From Lama guanicoe (lineage: Eukaryota), in contig MU056000.1 of NCBI GenBank assembly GCA_013239625.1, forward strand, positions 10,987,175 through 11,051,174: a stretch of 64,000 nucleotides of DNA. The letters run 5' to 3'. The notes beneath the pieces are model-generated. The model was not told the origin of the DNA, made no database searches, and saw only the letters and a list, made by a program, of their open reading frames with translations. Positions 37,856 through 51,887 of this stretch are shown here, in pieces. The translations under genes were made by a program, and so were the position numbers. Each line of letters opens with the position of its first letter. Position 1 is the first letter of the stretch.

Positions 37856-40800
37856 ATAATCAATGTAAACTCTCTTCCTTTCTCTTCCATGGAAGTCACC
37901 CACGTGTGCATCCCATCACTGGGCATTCGAAGATGCCCACCTAATCTTGGGCGGGTAAGTTGCAAAAGAGTATTTTAAGGAAGATTCTCTGATGAGGCAT
38001 GCTGGATAAGGGAGAGCTTGGGGCTTCCAGAGACAGACAAATTAGCTGGGGGTCCAAAATGAAATATACATTTGGAAAATATCATGTGGTTTTTCTTTAC
38101 TCAAATCCTCTATATTCTTGCCTCAATTCTCCTTTTCATTTGTGGGTTCAGATAAACCATCTGGCTCAGAAATAAGGAGGATAATGAACAAAAAGGAAGA
38201 CAAGAAGGAAGTCAAGGGAAAGTGTAGATAACACAAAGTAGGGTCACTAAAATGCCACAGTAATTAGGATGGGAATAAATAAACATTCCAGAAGTCTCCA
38301 AAGGATTAATTTTTGACACAATTAATTTTATTTGCTTTGGAAACATGAAGTGGATTTGGTCGTCATCTGGATGCAATTGAGGCTTCCCAATCCTAGGCTA
38401 GATAGTTATTTTTTTGCTGATTTTAATATGCTGCCAGTGCCAAAAGTCCTCTGGGTAAATATATCAGATTCATAAAAATGCCCAACAAAATCAAATGAAC
38501 CAAACGCTGTTGAATGAATGACTCACAAAATGAGACATTTTCACCAAATAAATATTTTTTTGCTTCCCACTATATTTAGCTAAGGAAAAAAAAAGAAAAA
38601 GAAAAATTTCACACAGATCCAAACACTTTGTGCGTTTATTATGAGCATGTGTACAAGACAGTGTCAGGATTATATCTACAGGTAGTTGGCATAGGTGACC
38701 AAGGGTGGGCGCTATTCAAACGACTCTCAAAATAGTTCTTTTTGTGCAGTCCAAATTTTTTATGCACTATTCAGAGACATTCTCTGAAGATTAAAATTCT
38801 ATATAGCATTTTGGTTAGAAAAACATTGCATGGCTCTCTGGTTAGACTGTAGAAAAAGTTTGGTAAACTGAAAATTCATTTTCAGTCTGTAATTTACCAG
38901 CTCTTAAAAGACGATTTTTTTTAAGTGTTCACATTTATTTATCAGACAAATCAGTCTTAGGAGGAAGCAAGTGACACCAGTGACAGCTGGTGCTGGTGAT
39001 TCTTTTTACAACAGACTGGAAAACACTTTTATTAATAGTGATAGCTCAGGGGAGTAAAACTGTTATTTTCATGTTACTCAAACATGAGTGGTTTGTTTCA
39101 ATTTCTTAAATCTCTGTGTCTGTGTTTATGTTAATATCACAATCTCTTGTTAATACACACATTGGCTTCCGCTGCAGAGGCTCCTGTTATACCGAGCTCT
39201 GTGAAGTCCTAAGGAGTCATGAAAGCGGGACAGAGGTCCAGGTAGAGAAGGACCAAACAGAATGCAGCTGCTTCATTAGGGAAAAGCCAAGAAAGGACAG
39301 GATTTATTTGGGTCTTATGATGAAAATGTTTAGGCAGACCAGAGAAGGGCCTCACCAAGAACCTGGAGACGACTCTGAAATGATTCTGCTCATAGCTTAC
39401 CATGGAAGATACACTCTTCTTGAAAACCAAAGCTGTCAACCATCAGAAGATAATTTACGAAGGCTCTACAAATGGTCACAGGAGATTCTTAGCATCACGG
39501 ACTTCTTCAGGGAAACTGCTTGAATAGTTTACTAAGGACATTTCTACCTAATTGAAAATTCAGAGATGGTTGTAGTAAAAATGTATATTCTAGACTCTGT
39601 TTATGGAAGAAGGTGAGATGTGGCTTATTCTAACAGTATAACAGAGACAAACTTTCCTTTTCTTTCTCAGTTTATTTTTCTAATCGTTTGTTGTTGATAT
39701 ATGTAAATTAATTTAATTTTATATTGACCTTGATAAATTCACAGATTAATTTTAACAATTTATAAGCCTTTCATTTGGCCAAGCAAAGAGTTGTGTTTTC
39801 TTGGAAAGATGTGGCCATCTGGGTAAATTACACCCCATATTTGGTTTGCCTTCTCTTTGTGCCCTGAATCACTTCCCTTTTCTCCTCATGCGTGGGATTG
39901 CCTAACTTGATGTTAACATGTAAACTTTGCTTCAGGCTCTGTTTTCCAGGGGCCCAAGCTAAAACAGTCTTCAAGATTCCTTTCCTGTTTAATGACTCCC
40001 AAGGCCACTTCCAATTCTAATACACTTGCCCAAGGCCACAAAATGCAAGAAGGCAGTGTAACTGAGAGCTAAACCAATCTGTCTCTCCATTAGCGCCATA
40101 TTGCTGATAGCCAAAACTTTACCCCAGGCGTCTGTCCTTGCCCTGTCCTAGCCCCACTCCAAGGAGTGTCTCTCCCTTAGAACCAATTGAAAAGGAAGAA
40201 TTACCTTTTAATCATGAACTGCTGTGGGCAGAATTTACCTTCTGCTGCTCTACAAATGGAAACAAACACTCAGGAGTTAATCCTCAGAACAGATGGAGAT
40301 CTTGTTACATTTACTGACAAGACATTTTCTATTTGAAATTCTTTCCTGTCTCGGCTTCCGTCTTGCCATATACTTTTTCCTCTGCTAACTTCTCTAGGCA
40401 CGTATAAATTATTCTCTCCACCTACCCTATCCTCTGGTTTCAAAATTTACTCTGGGCATTCAATTCTAGCCCCACTCGCATGCTTGGAAGCTTTCTCCAT
40501 CTGTTGATTCTCCCCAAATCTCTTTTAAAAAAGTCCTCCCCAATCAGAAGAACACAAAGGCATTTTAGGTCTAATTAGATCAATGGATGCTCAACTTCTG
40601 TATCTAACAGCTCTCCAAAAATTGGACAGTGGATGCTTACGCTGAAAATTGGCCGTGGGTCCCTTTAGGGAAGGATTCAGGAATTAATCTACCCTGTTTA
40701 CTTCACTCTATTGTTACCACACTTCCCTGTCAATCATATGACTCTAAGTCTGTAAATTAACTTAGATCCTAAAATAGGGTGAGGAACCTTGAATTTCCAT

Positions 40801-40879
40801 TGTAGCTACTGACATCACCCTTCGGTTCATCAGACTTCGATATTTTTTGATTATACACATCAAGCAACACCATAGTTAT

Positions 40880-41378
40880 TGCGAACAAAAAATACTGCAA
40901 GCCATATCAGTAAACAAAGAATGTTGAAACCATCAAGTCCTCAGTGGCTGCCCCACCTCCCAGTGAAGACAAGCCTGCAGCCAGGCCTCTGCAGCCCAGC
41001 CTCTGCAGCCACTCACAATGGTGCACCCTGAGGGGACTCAGGATAAGAAAGGACAGGACACTGGCCCTAGATAGCTAGGTGCTTGTCAAAGGAATGAATT
41101 CAATGAGCCCAAATGTTTGCTTCCTCCCATACAAAGAAAAGCACTAATTCTTTAACTTGAGATGCCTGGTTTTCTTTAGACAACAAGGAATCTTTTATTG
41201 TTCCAACTACCTGGTCTTTGTTGTAAAGCTCCTGCCTATCCTAGCTCCTCCCCTGCCTCTCCAGAGAAGTCCCCCAGAGCGATCTGAGAGGCTGTCATGC
41301 CGGGCTGAGTCCTCAGAATTGTCCACCAAATAAAACGTACCTCTCAACTTTTAGGCTGTGCATTTATTTCAGGTGACA
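40880..41378 (+). mobile_element. ERV1-class solo LTR
   Basis: TG...CA ends (tgcgaac...gtgaca), aataaa near 41329, exact 4 bp TSD ttat (40876-40879, 41379-41382). Confidence 0.85.
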
Positions 41379-41382
41379 TTAT

Positions 41383-42770
41383 CTAAACATTTCTTTGTCT
41401 TTTCTGACTTTTCCAAACATAATTGCCCATGGATCAAACATTTATTATTCCCAGTCTCACTCCAACATCACTGTTAGAGTAATTACAACTACTTTGGCCC
41501 AGATTGTGAAGTGTTGTCACCTAGTCTGGTCACAATGAGGAGTAGCAGGGACAGACCACTTGAAAAAACAGATGAGTCATGTTGAGAGACACAAGCTTCG
41601 GGTGAAGATTTTGTACAGTGTCCAGGTAAGGGGAGTTTGTTCTCATCTGGTAATTGGAAGGGGACTCCTTTTACTGACCAGTAGAGTTTGAGTGAATTGA
41701 GGGATCCAGCTCATTAGACATGTTGATCTAAAATTCCCCATTCTTACTCTTTATGTCAGGTGTCAGCTTCATTGTAAAAGATCTAGGTTGTGCACATGGT
41801 CTCTTCTGCCACTGTGCCATGCTGGTAATTAGATACTAGCCCTGACCGTCAATGCCATCTTCCCTTTGTCTAAAGGTTGTGAACGTTCACTTTAAATCTG
41901 TCAGAGAGGCCCTCCGGCTTTCGAAGTGTGATTTAAGTTGTCAGTCTGTTGCCCTAAGCCTATCAAAAGTATCCCATCCATCACCACAGTCTTTTTTATG
42001 ACCACATTCCCCTTCCCAATCAAGAACAGAAGCCACATTGTCTCCCAATGTCTTGCTTTCCACCGATACTTCAAATATCATTAAATAAAAGTTTTAGTAG
42101 CTGTTACCACCCCACTTGTCCTTCATATCACCCCCAGACAAAGTCCTATCCCAAGGGACTACTTTCTATGATTGAGTGTCTTAACCTAGATGCCTAGAAT
42201 TAATGTGTAGAACCAAGCTTACCTTCCGATACAGTGAAGCAACAATGTGGAAAGAAAGCAAAGGCAGGAAAGGAGAAAACAAATTCAAGTGTGTGCATTA
42301 CCAAGCTTCACAAGAAGATATCGCTGGTTCTGTGGATATATATGCAATGTCTCAGTGAGGCAATATTACTCTTACCACTCAGAACATTCCACTAGAGATG
42401 CCATGGGAAGATGAACAACGTATCTGCCAGTTTTTCTTCTTCTTTAATTGTTCAAAGATCTATGCAGCATTAGCATCGGCCTCTCTGTGTAGCTGCTAAA
42501 GAAACCAGAGCTTCTTTGGGTCCAGTTGGGTAGGACCTAGATCCTAGAGCTCCCGTTTCCCAGTGCTGCAGGCCCTTGCCCCTGGTAAAGACTGTTAAAG
42601 TCAATGGTGTTAAGCCACGTGACAGCATCACGGCGCAGACTTTACCATCACAGCGGAAACATGAGCCACTGCTGGCTCCACAGGGATCACGAAGCAGGGC
42701 AGGTTGGCAAAGCCCTTGGAACAGCCTTATCTGAGCAGATCTGCAGAGGTGCGTAAACTGGGTCTGACAG
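41383..42770 (-). mobile_element. Decayed ERVL proviral 5' end: LTR (~42170-42770) and gag-proximal internal sequence
   Basis: LTR-like termini tgtcttaacctagatgcc and gatctgcagaggtgcgtaaactgggtctgaca; internal ccacagtctttttatgaccacattcccc and tgtcttgctttcca resemble antisense ERVL internal sequence as recalled. Confidence 0.5.
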
Positions 42771-45588
42771 TTTCCATTTTGCAAATTCCAGTGCTTTTTA
42801 AATGGCTACTTGAGAGATGGGCAGTGTTCCTTTAGTATTTCCTCCAGTGGCCTGGGGCCAACGTCCACTCAATGACTGGTTCTAACTCTGGCTTCTCTGT
42901 ATCTTCTGATCATTTGTCCTCAGAGTATCAGAAAGCAGTGAATAAAACTGAGTGCCTGGGTTCACAGAATATTCCAGTGAAAGAGCCAGACAGTAAACAA
43001 ATTGCGATGTATCATATAAAGCCACGTTAGGAAGTAAAGAAAGGGCAGTGGATAGTAAGAGCCAGTGCCTATAAGTGGTCAGGTAAGGTCTCTTTGAGAA
43101 ATAACACTTGAGCAGAAGTGAGGAAAGTAAAAATTACAATTCTATCAAGAGCATTTATTCAACACACTTTGTGGATACAAAGAATCCATCAGTCACTGGA
43201 AACCAGCTGTGCAAAGGACATTCACTGTGCTGCTTAGGGTCTAGGACATAACGGAGGAGAAAGAGAATATAAATGGGTGTATCGGTTAAAAACGATTTCA
43301 AGGTTTTGCACGACAGCTTCAAAAATCTGATACATGTGCTAATGCCTATCATTTTTGTGGCTGGGTTTTATAACGGCATATAAAAGACTGCATTTTCAGT
43401 AACAGAGGTGTTTATATGCCCAGGGATTGTGAACGTCTCATGGAGATGGGACAGCTTCTGATGAACAGTCACAGGGATTTCAGTTTTTCTGTGCTCTTGA
43501 ACTGAACTCAGAGACTGTTACAAGAGGCTTTCTCCTCTAATTGTTTCCGTAAGGAATATTTCCTTGAAAATACCGTTTCATATACTGTAGCAAAATTTCC
43601 ACAACATGACCTTTCCTTATGCTGTATGATGCCTTAAGTATTCATAGCTTTGTACCTGCGTACCTGAACTGACTGGTACCTTCCAATGTAAGTAGAAACA
43701 TACTTAGGGAGAAGGACAGTACATAACAAATACGTGCTGCATGGAAACACCAGCTGCATTTTGGTTTTTGAAATGTCTCAATTTATTTTTCAAGTATTTT
43801 GGATTAGATGAAACCCAACTAACTTTTGCCAAGAACGTTTCCCCCTTAATTTTTGAAATCATGTGCAATTTTGCAGAAATTTACTCCATATGTTTCTGTT
43901 TCATTTACACTTAAATCACCAAAATATTGCTTTGTAAGATCTATTTGATGTCCAAGAAGCCATTTGAATTGGTCCAATACAGTGTCTTTAAACTGAGATA
44001 TAACTCTTATATCATAAAATTCACCCTTTTGAAGTGTGCAATTCAATGCTTTTCAGTATCTTTCCAAAGTTGGGCGACCATTACCACTATCTAAGTCCAG
44101 AACCATTGTGTGAATGGGAAGCGGAATTGTACCGCTTGGAAATGCATGAATGGGCTGCATAGTGGGGTTTACCTTGAAGCGCCTGGACTTGACATGAGTT
44201 TTTGCTGTAAAAAAAGAGATTTCTTCCAGCCCTAATACCACGGTCATAAATCAGAAAAATCTGCATTTAACCAAGTGGCTGCAGGGCTCAGAGGTTATCA
44301 CAAGGCTGACTTTCTCGGTGGTGGGTCATATATCACTATGGCCCGAGTTGAAAATTTACTGCTTTACTGCTCAGACCCATTTTCTTACTGAGGATATTTT
44401 CCACGGTTTGTTGACCTGGAAAATCCCAGACCACTGGGTCCTGAACACACAGTTTTGGCTCCAAAGTTCTCCTGCTGTCACTTACTACCCCATCCAGCTA
44501 AGTCACTGCCAGAAAAATGAGAGACTACGTAAGGCTGACTTTGAAGATGGAATGGTCCCCTAGTGACCTCTGTGTATTGAATTTGGAACTGTCTGCTTAA
44601 GAAGGAATGCGAATCGTGAGTCATAAAACTTAATTTGTTATCTGAGTGAGACTCTCCATACAGTATTAAGGCTGTTGCTCTATCAGGTTCTTCAAGGATA
44701 AAATAGATTCCTGTTGAATACTAATATCCCTCTTTGTCAACTTTAGTTCTCAATTAGTTACACTGGATTTAGAACATGGAAAAATATGTATATATATTAT
44801 AATGCACAAAATAAAATGGAATAACATAGCACATTTAGCCATATTTCCCAGCTTTTTAGGAATTGTGACACCAAACTTTAGAAATTTGGTCTTCTAAGAC
44901 TGCCATTTTTTTATTCTACTCAAAATAAGCCATGCTAATGAAAAACAAATTTTTTTTAGCATTATGTTATTTGCAGATAATCAACCTGTGAGATTTTGGA
45001 GATTTTCCTTTACATTTAAGACTCAGATTCCCATGTTAAAAAAAATGGGAATAACAATAGGAACCACACAAAATAAGTGTAGAATAAATTAAATGATGAT
45101 TTACATGTGAAAAAGTGACCAGCACAGTGCCTGGAACAGCAAAGATAAGTAATTATTGAATTTGAACTGAATCTGGGCTAATGAGTTTATCTATGATCAG
45201 ACAACTAAAATTTGTTTCTATGTTTCTTCTTCCAGGATATAAATGACTATTTTAGCAGTCACTGTTCTATTCTGTGAATGCATTGCTTCATTTGTAAAAT
45301 AAACACAATGTCAAATAAAAAATGGTTTGTGTGTTTTCTGTAAGTGTCTCGGAATGGAATCACCATTTATTGTGATCACTGTGAACAGTGTAGTAGGAAG
45401 CTTTCTCCAATAAAGCCTAGAATTTTTGAAAATTATTTTGAATTAATATCTCATCAGTTGTCTTCCTTTCTCATAATAAGCTGAACAACAATTCTTGAAC
45501 TCTACAAATCAGGTGAATTTTGCTAGATCCTGTTTTTCTCTTATGTCCCTAACTTGGCAGTACTTTTTGTCCACATGACAACAAAATG

Positions 45589-45706
45589 TCTGGATGAAAA
45601 GTAAAATATTCAATCATCTAGATGTTTTGTCTACACAATGCTACATGTTTTGATGTTATGTAGACAAAACATCCAGATAATTGATTTTTTTTCCTTTTCA
45701 TCCAGA
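45589..45706. repeat. Inverted repeat with ~47 bp arms and a 23 nt loop
   Basis: tctggatgaaaagtaaaatattcaatcatctagatgttttgtctaca versus tgtagacaaaacatccagataattgattttttttccttttcatccaga. Confidence 0.95.
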
Positions 45707-46227
45707 TGTTCTGGCATTATTTATACATAGGTCATGTCTAGTTTACTATTCACTGAAACAGGAAGAGAACACAAACATGAGAGGTGACTTCAAATGAAGT
45801 GAAAACCATTGGGCGTTAGATCACAGGTGAGCATTTTCCTGCACTGAAATAGTTCATTTCTTGAATACCCAGCGTATCCGCTTTGTGCATCACATGTATG
45901 AAACACTACCTAGAAAATGATGGCTGGATATACACAATGTCTACAGTATAAATTATTTAGGATGAAGAGGGACAAAAGGAGAATGTTTGGTATGAGGAAA
46001 CGAATCCCTTGATGTAACGACTGTGGGAGATACTGGTGAATACCTTCAAAAATCCCTCTGAACCATTTTCTCTCTCTTTCTGCCTTCCAATGCCAAGGCT
46101 GAAAAGCCAGGAACTTGATTTCTTGGCCACTTGGTAATGGATGGATGGCCAAGTGACCTAGTTTTTGACAATGAAATCATAAGGAGAAGTGTGCCATGGG
46201 ATTTCTGAGAAATACAGGTTTCTTCTT

Positions 46228-46402
46228 CTCTCTCTCTCTGTTTTGTTTTGTTTTTTTTTTTGGTTGTTTCTCTCTGTACTATATGGTTTGGTTTTTTTTA
46301 AATTAAAGTATAGTCAGTTACAATGTGTCAACTTCTAGTATATAGCACAATGTCCCAGTGTCCCAGTCATGCATATACATACATACATTCATTTTCCTAT
46401 TC
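46228..46402 (-). mobile_element. Short L1 3' UTR insertion with double tail
   Basis: TSD tacaggtttcttctt (46213-46227) / tacaggttgcttctt (46403-46417). Confidence 0.75.
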
Positions 46403-46656
46403 TACAGGTTGCTTCTTGATTAAAAGAACTCTCCTAAAAAGGAGAGTTGAATTGGCTTTGATCTTATTTTTTTCTTTGTCAAGCATGGATATGATATTGG
46501 AGCTGCAGCAGCCATTTTGCAACTGTAAGATAACAAGTGTGAGGATGGAAAACCAGCAAATTGTGGAATACCATGGATATAAAAAAGAATGGATCTCTGT
46601 CACCATTGTTGAGTTGCTGCTCTATCCTTAGGTGTCCCACCTCCAAACTTTTTGTT

Positions 46657-47466
46657 TTTTAATTTTTTAATTGAGTTATAGTCATTTTACAATGTTGTGT
46701 CAAATTCCAGTGTAGAGCACAATTTTTCAGTTATACATGAACATACATATATTCATTGTCATATTTTTTTTTTGCTGTGAGCTACCACAAGATCTTGTAT
46801 ATATTTCCCTGTGCTATACAGTATAATCTTGTTTATCTATTCTACATATGCCTGTCAGTATCTACAAATTTTGAACTCCCAGTCTATCCCTTCCCACCCC
46901 TCTCCCCCTTGGCAACCACAAGTTTCTATTCTCTGTCTATGAGTCTGTTTCTGTTTTGTATTTATGTTCTTTATTTTTTAGATTCCACATATGAGTGATC
47001 TCATATGGTATTTTTCTTTTTTTTTTCTGGCTTACTTCACTTAGAATGACATTCTCCAGGGACATCCATGTTGCTGCAAATGGTGTTACGTTGTCATTTT
47101 TATGGCCGAATAGTATTCCATTGTATAAATATACCACTTCTTCTTTATCCAGTCATCTGTTGATGGACATTTAGGCTGTTTTCATGTCTAGGCTATTGTA
47201 AATAGTGCTGCTATGAACATCGGGGTGCAAGTGTCTTTTTGAAGCAGGGTTCCTTCTGGATATATGCCCAGGAGTGGGATTCCTGGGTCATATGGTAAGT
47301 CTATTCCTAGTCTTTTGAGGAATCTCCATACTGTTTTCCACAGTGGCTGCACCAAACTGCATTCCCACTAGCAGTGTGAGAGGGTTCATCCACACCCTCT
47401 CCAGCATTTGTCATTTGTGGATTTTTGAATGACGGCCATTCTGACTGGTGTGAGGTGATATCTCAT
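46657..47466 (-). mobile_element. Relatively young 5'-truncated L1
   Basis: ORF 46937-47137 includes PFAATWMSLENVILSEVSQ; TSD caaactttttgtt (46644) / caaactttttatt (47467). Confidence 0.95.
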
Positions 47467-48049
47467 CAAACTTTTTATTAAGTAAAGAATAAATATCTTT
47501 ACACTGTTAACTACTGTTATTCATGTATTCTGTTACTTGTATCTGAAAACCTTCCTAACTGGTAAAATAATGCAGATATGCTGTCCCTTTGACACATAAG
47601 GAAATGGTAGCAGAGGTTGTTGAACTGAATTGTTTAATGTCACAACTGTAAAATTAATGTGAGAACAAACTGAAGACCAAGTCCCCTGGCTTAAATTACT
47701 CTATGCTCTTGCACCAGAACAGTCTGGGTTTCTGAGGCACCGAATATCGACCAGCCAAACGTCCAGGGCTTAACTTAGAAAAAGTAAGATAAAATGTCAC
47801 CAACTAATAAAGGTAACACTGAAAAATTGTTCAAAGTTACTCAGATCAGCATAATGGATTCCTCTCGTTTGCCACACACGTGGCATATCAGAGCTGATTT
47901 TGAGATTTTAAAGGCTGTAGTGATTAAGAATCAGAATTCAATATTCTGACACTCTGTTCCAACACAATAATCTCTGGGACCCTCGAGGATTTAGCACTTG
48001 ATGAGTTTTTATGTCAGTGCGTCATGTTGAATGGGAGAAAAGAAATATG

Positions 48050-48270
48050 GGTTTTGAGAATCAGACTTGTAACTAACTCCCATCTCTGTACTTGCCAGAC
48101 ATGTAGTCTCAGGACGGGTACTTACTTGCTGGGTTTCCTTGTCTGTAATATTATGCTAATCTGATGCACCACTTTGGTTCCTGTGAGGATTCAGTGAGAT
48201 GATACATACAGAGCACCTAGCTCAGTGCATGGCAAATAATTGCAATTTAATAAGTAGTAGCTATTATTAT
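48050..48270 (+). mobile_element. MIR SINE
   Basis: gtttccttgtctgtaata...tgtgaggattcagtgagatgatacatacagagcacctagctcagtgcatggcaaataat. Weaker MIR pieces occur at ~45010-45170 and ~49480-49670. Confidence 0.8.
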
Positions 48271-50329
48271 TACCAACAAATTAAGAAAATAACAGATCCA
48301 GACAATATGAATGCCCTGAGCAAGGTCACTGTCCTCTGCTCAAGGGGCCTTTGGAAGTATGATCCTGATGACAGTAGATATGAGGTCCCAAAAGCAGAGC
48401 CGGGCAAAGATGTAACTGTGATGCCCCAAGATGTACTAGTTGTGGCACTTCCATCACGTAAAACGCTCGCATTAACATTGGGAATCATCTGACTACTTGG
48501 TCCTCTTATTATAAGAAAGATCTAAGTGAGACATCAGTCTACCTGAAAGATAAATTTTGATTTTATAGATGTAATCAACACAGTGAATAACTTAGTTCCA
48601 TTCTACATTTAATGAGCCTCCTGTCGATGCACCTTGGTGGTTTATATCCTGAAAAAGGAAATTAAAGTAATAACAGTGAGCCAAATGCCATGACTGGTCA
48701 CACATACACACACCGACTTCTAAATTCAAATGCGCTCTTATTACAGCAAATTTAGCTTACTGTGTGTTTTCACCAAATAACAATTACCCAGGAAGTTCTT
48801 ACTGTCCTGAATTCTCAAATGCAAAATAAAACCATGGGCTCTTGGCTGAAAGGTGGAACCTGCCATTTGATTTGATTCCCAACACTGGGAATGCTGCTGG
48901 AGTGAGAGGACCCTAAGCCCAGCTCCGTTATTTTTGCATTGTATAATGTTTTCTATAAACCTGGCAGGGCCCACAAAGGAAAGACAGTTGGTTTTTAAGA
49001 ACTGGCCTTGATTTTCTGCTTTGGACAGAGAATACCAGGAATCCATTCCTAATGAAAAGCAAACAGAGAATCATTACTTTCCCCCATACATTCTTTACAT
49101 AGTTACACTTGAACGTATTCTGCGGAGACAGTTTTTTCTGCATGTTCTACATTCAGAGGCTGTGCACAGGAAAGCCTCATCTGGAGGGCTGGGGCTAGAA
49201 TAACTAACTGGAAGTTAACCCTTGTGTCCTCGTGAAACCCTTGACCCCGTACCTCCTCTGCCTTCTCGGAAGCATCCTGTCTACACACATCTTCAGTCAA
49301 GGACCAATCAAGTCAACTTTGATGGCTTCCTGGGAGATGGAGAGTCACACGGCTCCTGAGACAGTCAGCCTGGACCTAGTATGTTACTAAATAACACTCC
49401 ATTGATCTTCACTTTATTCTTAGTGATACAGAGTTGATCTCCTCAATGGCTAAGCGACTCATGATTCCCAAGGTAGCCTTGCTGTCATGGAAGAAGTCCC
49501 TGAGTCAGTGTCAAAGCCTTAGGTCTTATTAGTTACACAACAAGTTTCCAGCTAGCTGACCTCTGGAAGTTGTAGTTTCCTCATCTCCAAAAAGACAATA
49601 ATGGCTGCCCAGCGTGTAACAAAGTTGTGATGAGAGATACAGTGTGAAAACACCCAGAACAAGGTCAAAATATGAATATGAATTGGAGGGATTACCTTGT
49701 AGAACTCAAAGACATCCTAAAAGCAGTTCTAAAACAAGATTAATCTTCAGATATTTATGTGAAATTTTATTCTCTTTAATTAAACTTCTTATTTTGAGGT
49801 GCTTGTGGATTCAGAGAGTTGTTAGAAATCATACAGCAGAAACCCTGCAGATCCATTACCCAGTGTCTCCCTGTCTCTGTCAGCTCAGGCTGCCATAACA
49901 AAATATAGTGAACTGGGTGATTTAAGCAACAGAAATGTGCTCTCTCATTGTCTGGAGGCTAGAAGTCCAAACATAAGGTGCCAGTATGGTTAGTTTCCGG
50001 TTGATATTTCTTTCCTTTTAGCCCTTGAAAAATACTGTGGCTCATCCTTCTGGCCTCTGTGATACCTAGTCAGAGAAATCCATTGTCATTTGACGTTTTT
50101 TTACTGTATAGAAAAGATGTCATTCCCTGATTCAGAAAGATATTTCCTTTGTCTTCAGTGCAGAAATTTGACTATAACATTTCTTGGTGTGGATTTCTTT
50201 GAGTTTATCCTGTTTGGGTTTCACTCAGTTTCTTGAATCTGTATTTTCTGTCTCCTGCTAAATTTGTAAAGTTTTCTGCCATCATTCTTGTTTTCAGTAC
50301 TTTTTCAGCCCTCTTTCTTGCCTATCTCT

Positions 50330-50735
50330 ATCTATTAAATATCTATCTATCCATCCATCTATCTACCTATCTACCTACCTACCTACCTACCTACCTAGAG
50401 ATTTAAAGGAATTGACACATATATTTGTGGAGGTTTGGCAAGTCCAGAATTTGCAGGGTAGGCTGGTAGGCTGGAAACCCAGGGACTCAAGTCCAAAGCT
50501 GTTTGCTGGCAGAATTCCCTCTTTATCTGGGGAGGTAATTCTTTTTCTATTAAGTCTTTCAAATGATTGCCTACAGCCCTCTCACATTATGGGGAGTAAT
50601 TTGCTTCATTCAGCGTCTCCTGATTGAAATGTTAATCTTATCTAAAAAAATACCTTCACAAAAATACCTAAAATAATGTTTGACAAACTCTCTGGATACG
50701 GCGGCTTAGGCAAGTTGCCACATAAAATTAATTGT
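50330..50735 (-). mobile_element. ERVL LTR (MLT2B-like) with (ATCT)n/(ACCT)n microsatellite
   Basis: aaggaattgacacat...ggcaagtccagaatttgcagggtaggctggtaggctggaaacccaggg...caagttgccacataaaattaa. Confidence 0.85.
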
Positions 50736-51887
50736 TGGAGTCCCACAGGTCTCTGAGGCCCTGTACGTTTTCTTTCCTCAGTGTATTTTATCCTTGCTGA
50801 TGTTCAGACTGAGGGATTCCTCTTGTCCTACCATCCCTTTATTCCTCTTTTTCTCTGTTCCCTCATTCTGCTCTTGATTCTGTCCCCTGGGTTTTTAATT
50901 TCAGTAATTGTATTTTCAGTTCTAAAATTTCCATTTGGTTTTTCTTTAAATTTTCCATTTCTTTGTGGAGACTTTCTATTTCTCTGCCGAGGAGCTGTAT
51001 CTTTTATTTGTTTCAAGTGTGTTCAGAGTTGCTCAGTGATGGATTTGTAGGATGGCTGCTTTAAATCTTTAACAGAAAATTCCAATATTTTGTCACCTCG
51101 GTGTTGGCATCTATTGATTGTCTTCTTTATTCAGCTTGATTCTTGGTATGATGAGTGATTTTCTACTGAAATCTGGACATTTAGGGTATTATGTTATGAA
51201 ACTCTGAATTATTTAAAACTCTGGTTTTAGCTGCTTTCTCTGGCACCTCTGTGGCAGGAGAAATATGGGGGAGATGGCCTCGTTACTTCCAGGTGGGAAT
51301 AGACATCCAGGTTCCCTCCTTAGCCTCTTCTGATACTGAGAGTTAGTGCTGGGCAGTTGTGAGAATTTCCACTCCCAACTAAGTATCTCCGCCTGGCTGG
51401 AGGGATGGGATTGCCCATTGCTGTCCCCACTTGGCCTCTAATGATACCAAGGGGCAAAGAGTGGTCTTGTTACTGCTGAGCAGGGATGAAAGTTTGGACT
51501 CTCCATTCTGTCTCCTCTGACATCATTCCAGCTGGGTGATGGAAGGCCCCTTGTTACTGCAGGTTTTGATAAAATTCAGTCTCCTTCTTAGCCTTCTCTG
51601 AAACTACCCCTGGGGCATCCCATTAAGGCCTGGCGAGGATGGAAATCCGGGCTCTCCACTCACCTCTTGCTGCTGAGAGATGCCCCGCTACTTCCTACGG
51701 GCCAGGCAAAGTGGGATGGGGGGGGGCTTTTTGTTGGGATCCTTTGGTGCTTCTAGGTTTCTGACTTCTTTACTTCCAAGTGGGATATACAAGGCAAGAA
51801 TAAACCCAGAGAATTCACCTCTGTGTTGGTCCTCGGATCCTGAGATCCTACCCTGACCCCTATCTTCTCTTTATCTTTCAAATTATT

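Larger units (their letters stand above)
46060..47565 (+). mobile_element. Old MLT1 LTR split by two L1 insertions
   Basis: ggatggccaagtgacctagtttttgacaatgaaat, tggagctgcagcagccattttgcaac, and after the L1 tattctgttacttgtatctgaaaaccttcctaactg. Confidence 0.7.

Noticed and set aside
39116..39523. 135-codon ORF in unique sequence
   Set aside because: GTG start, no recognisable domain and no convincing codon bias; within chance expectation for 64 kb.
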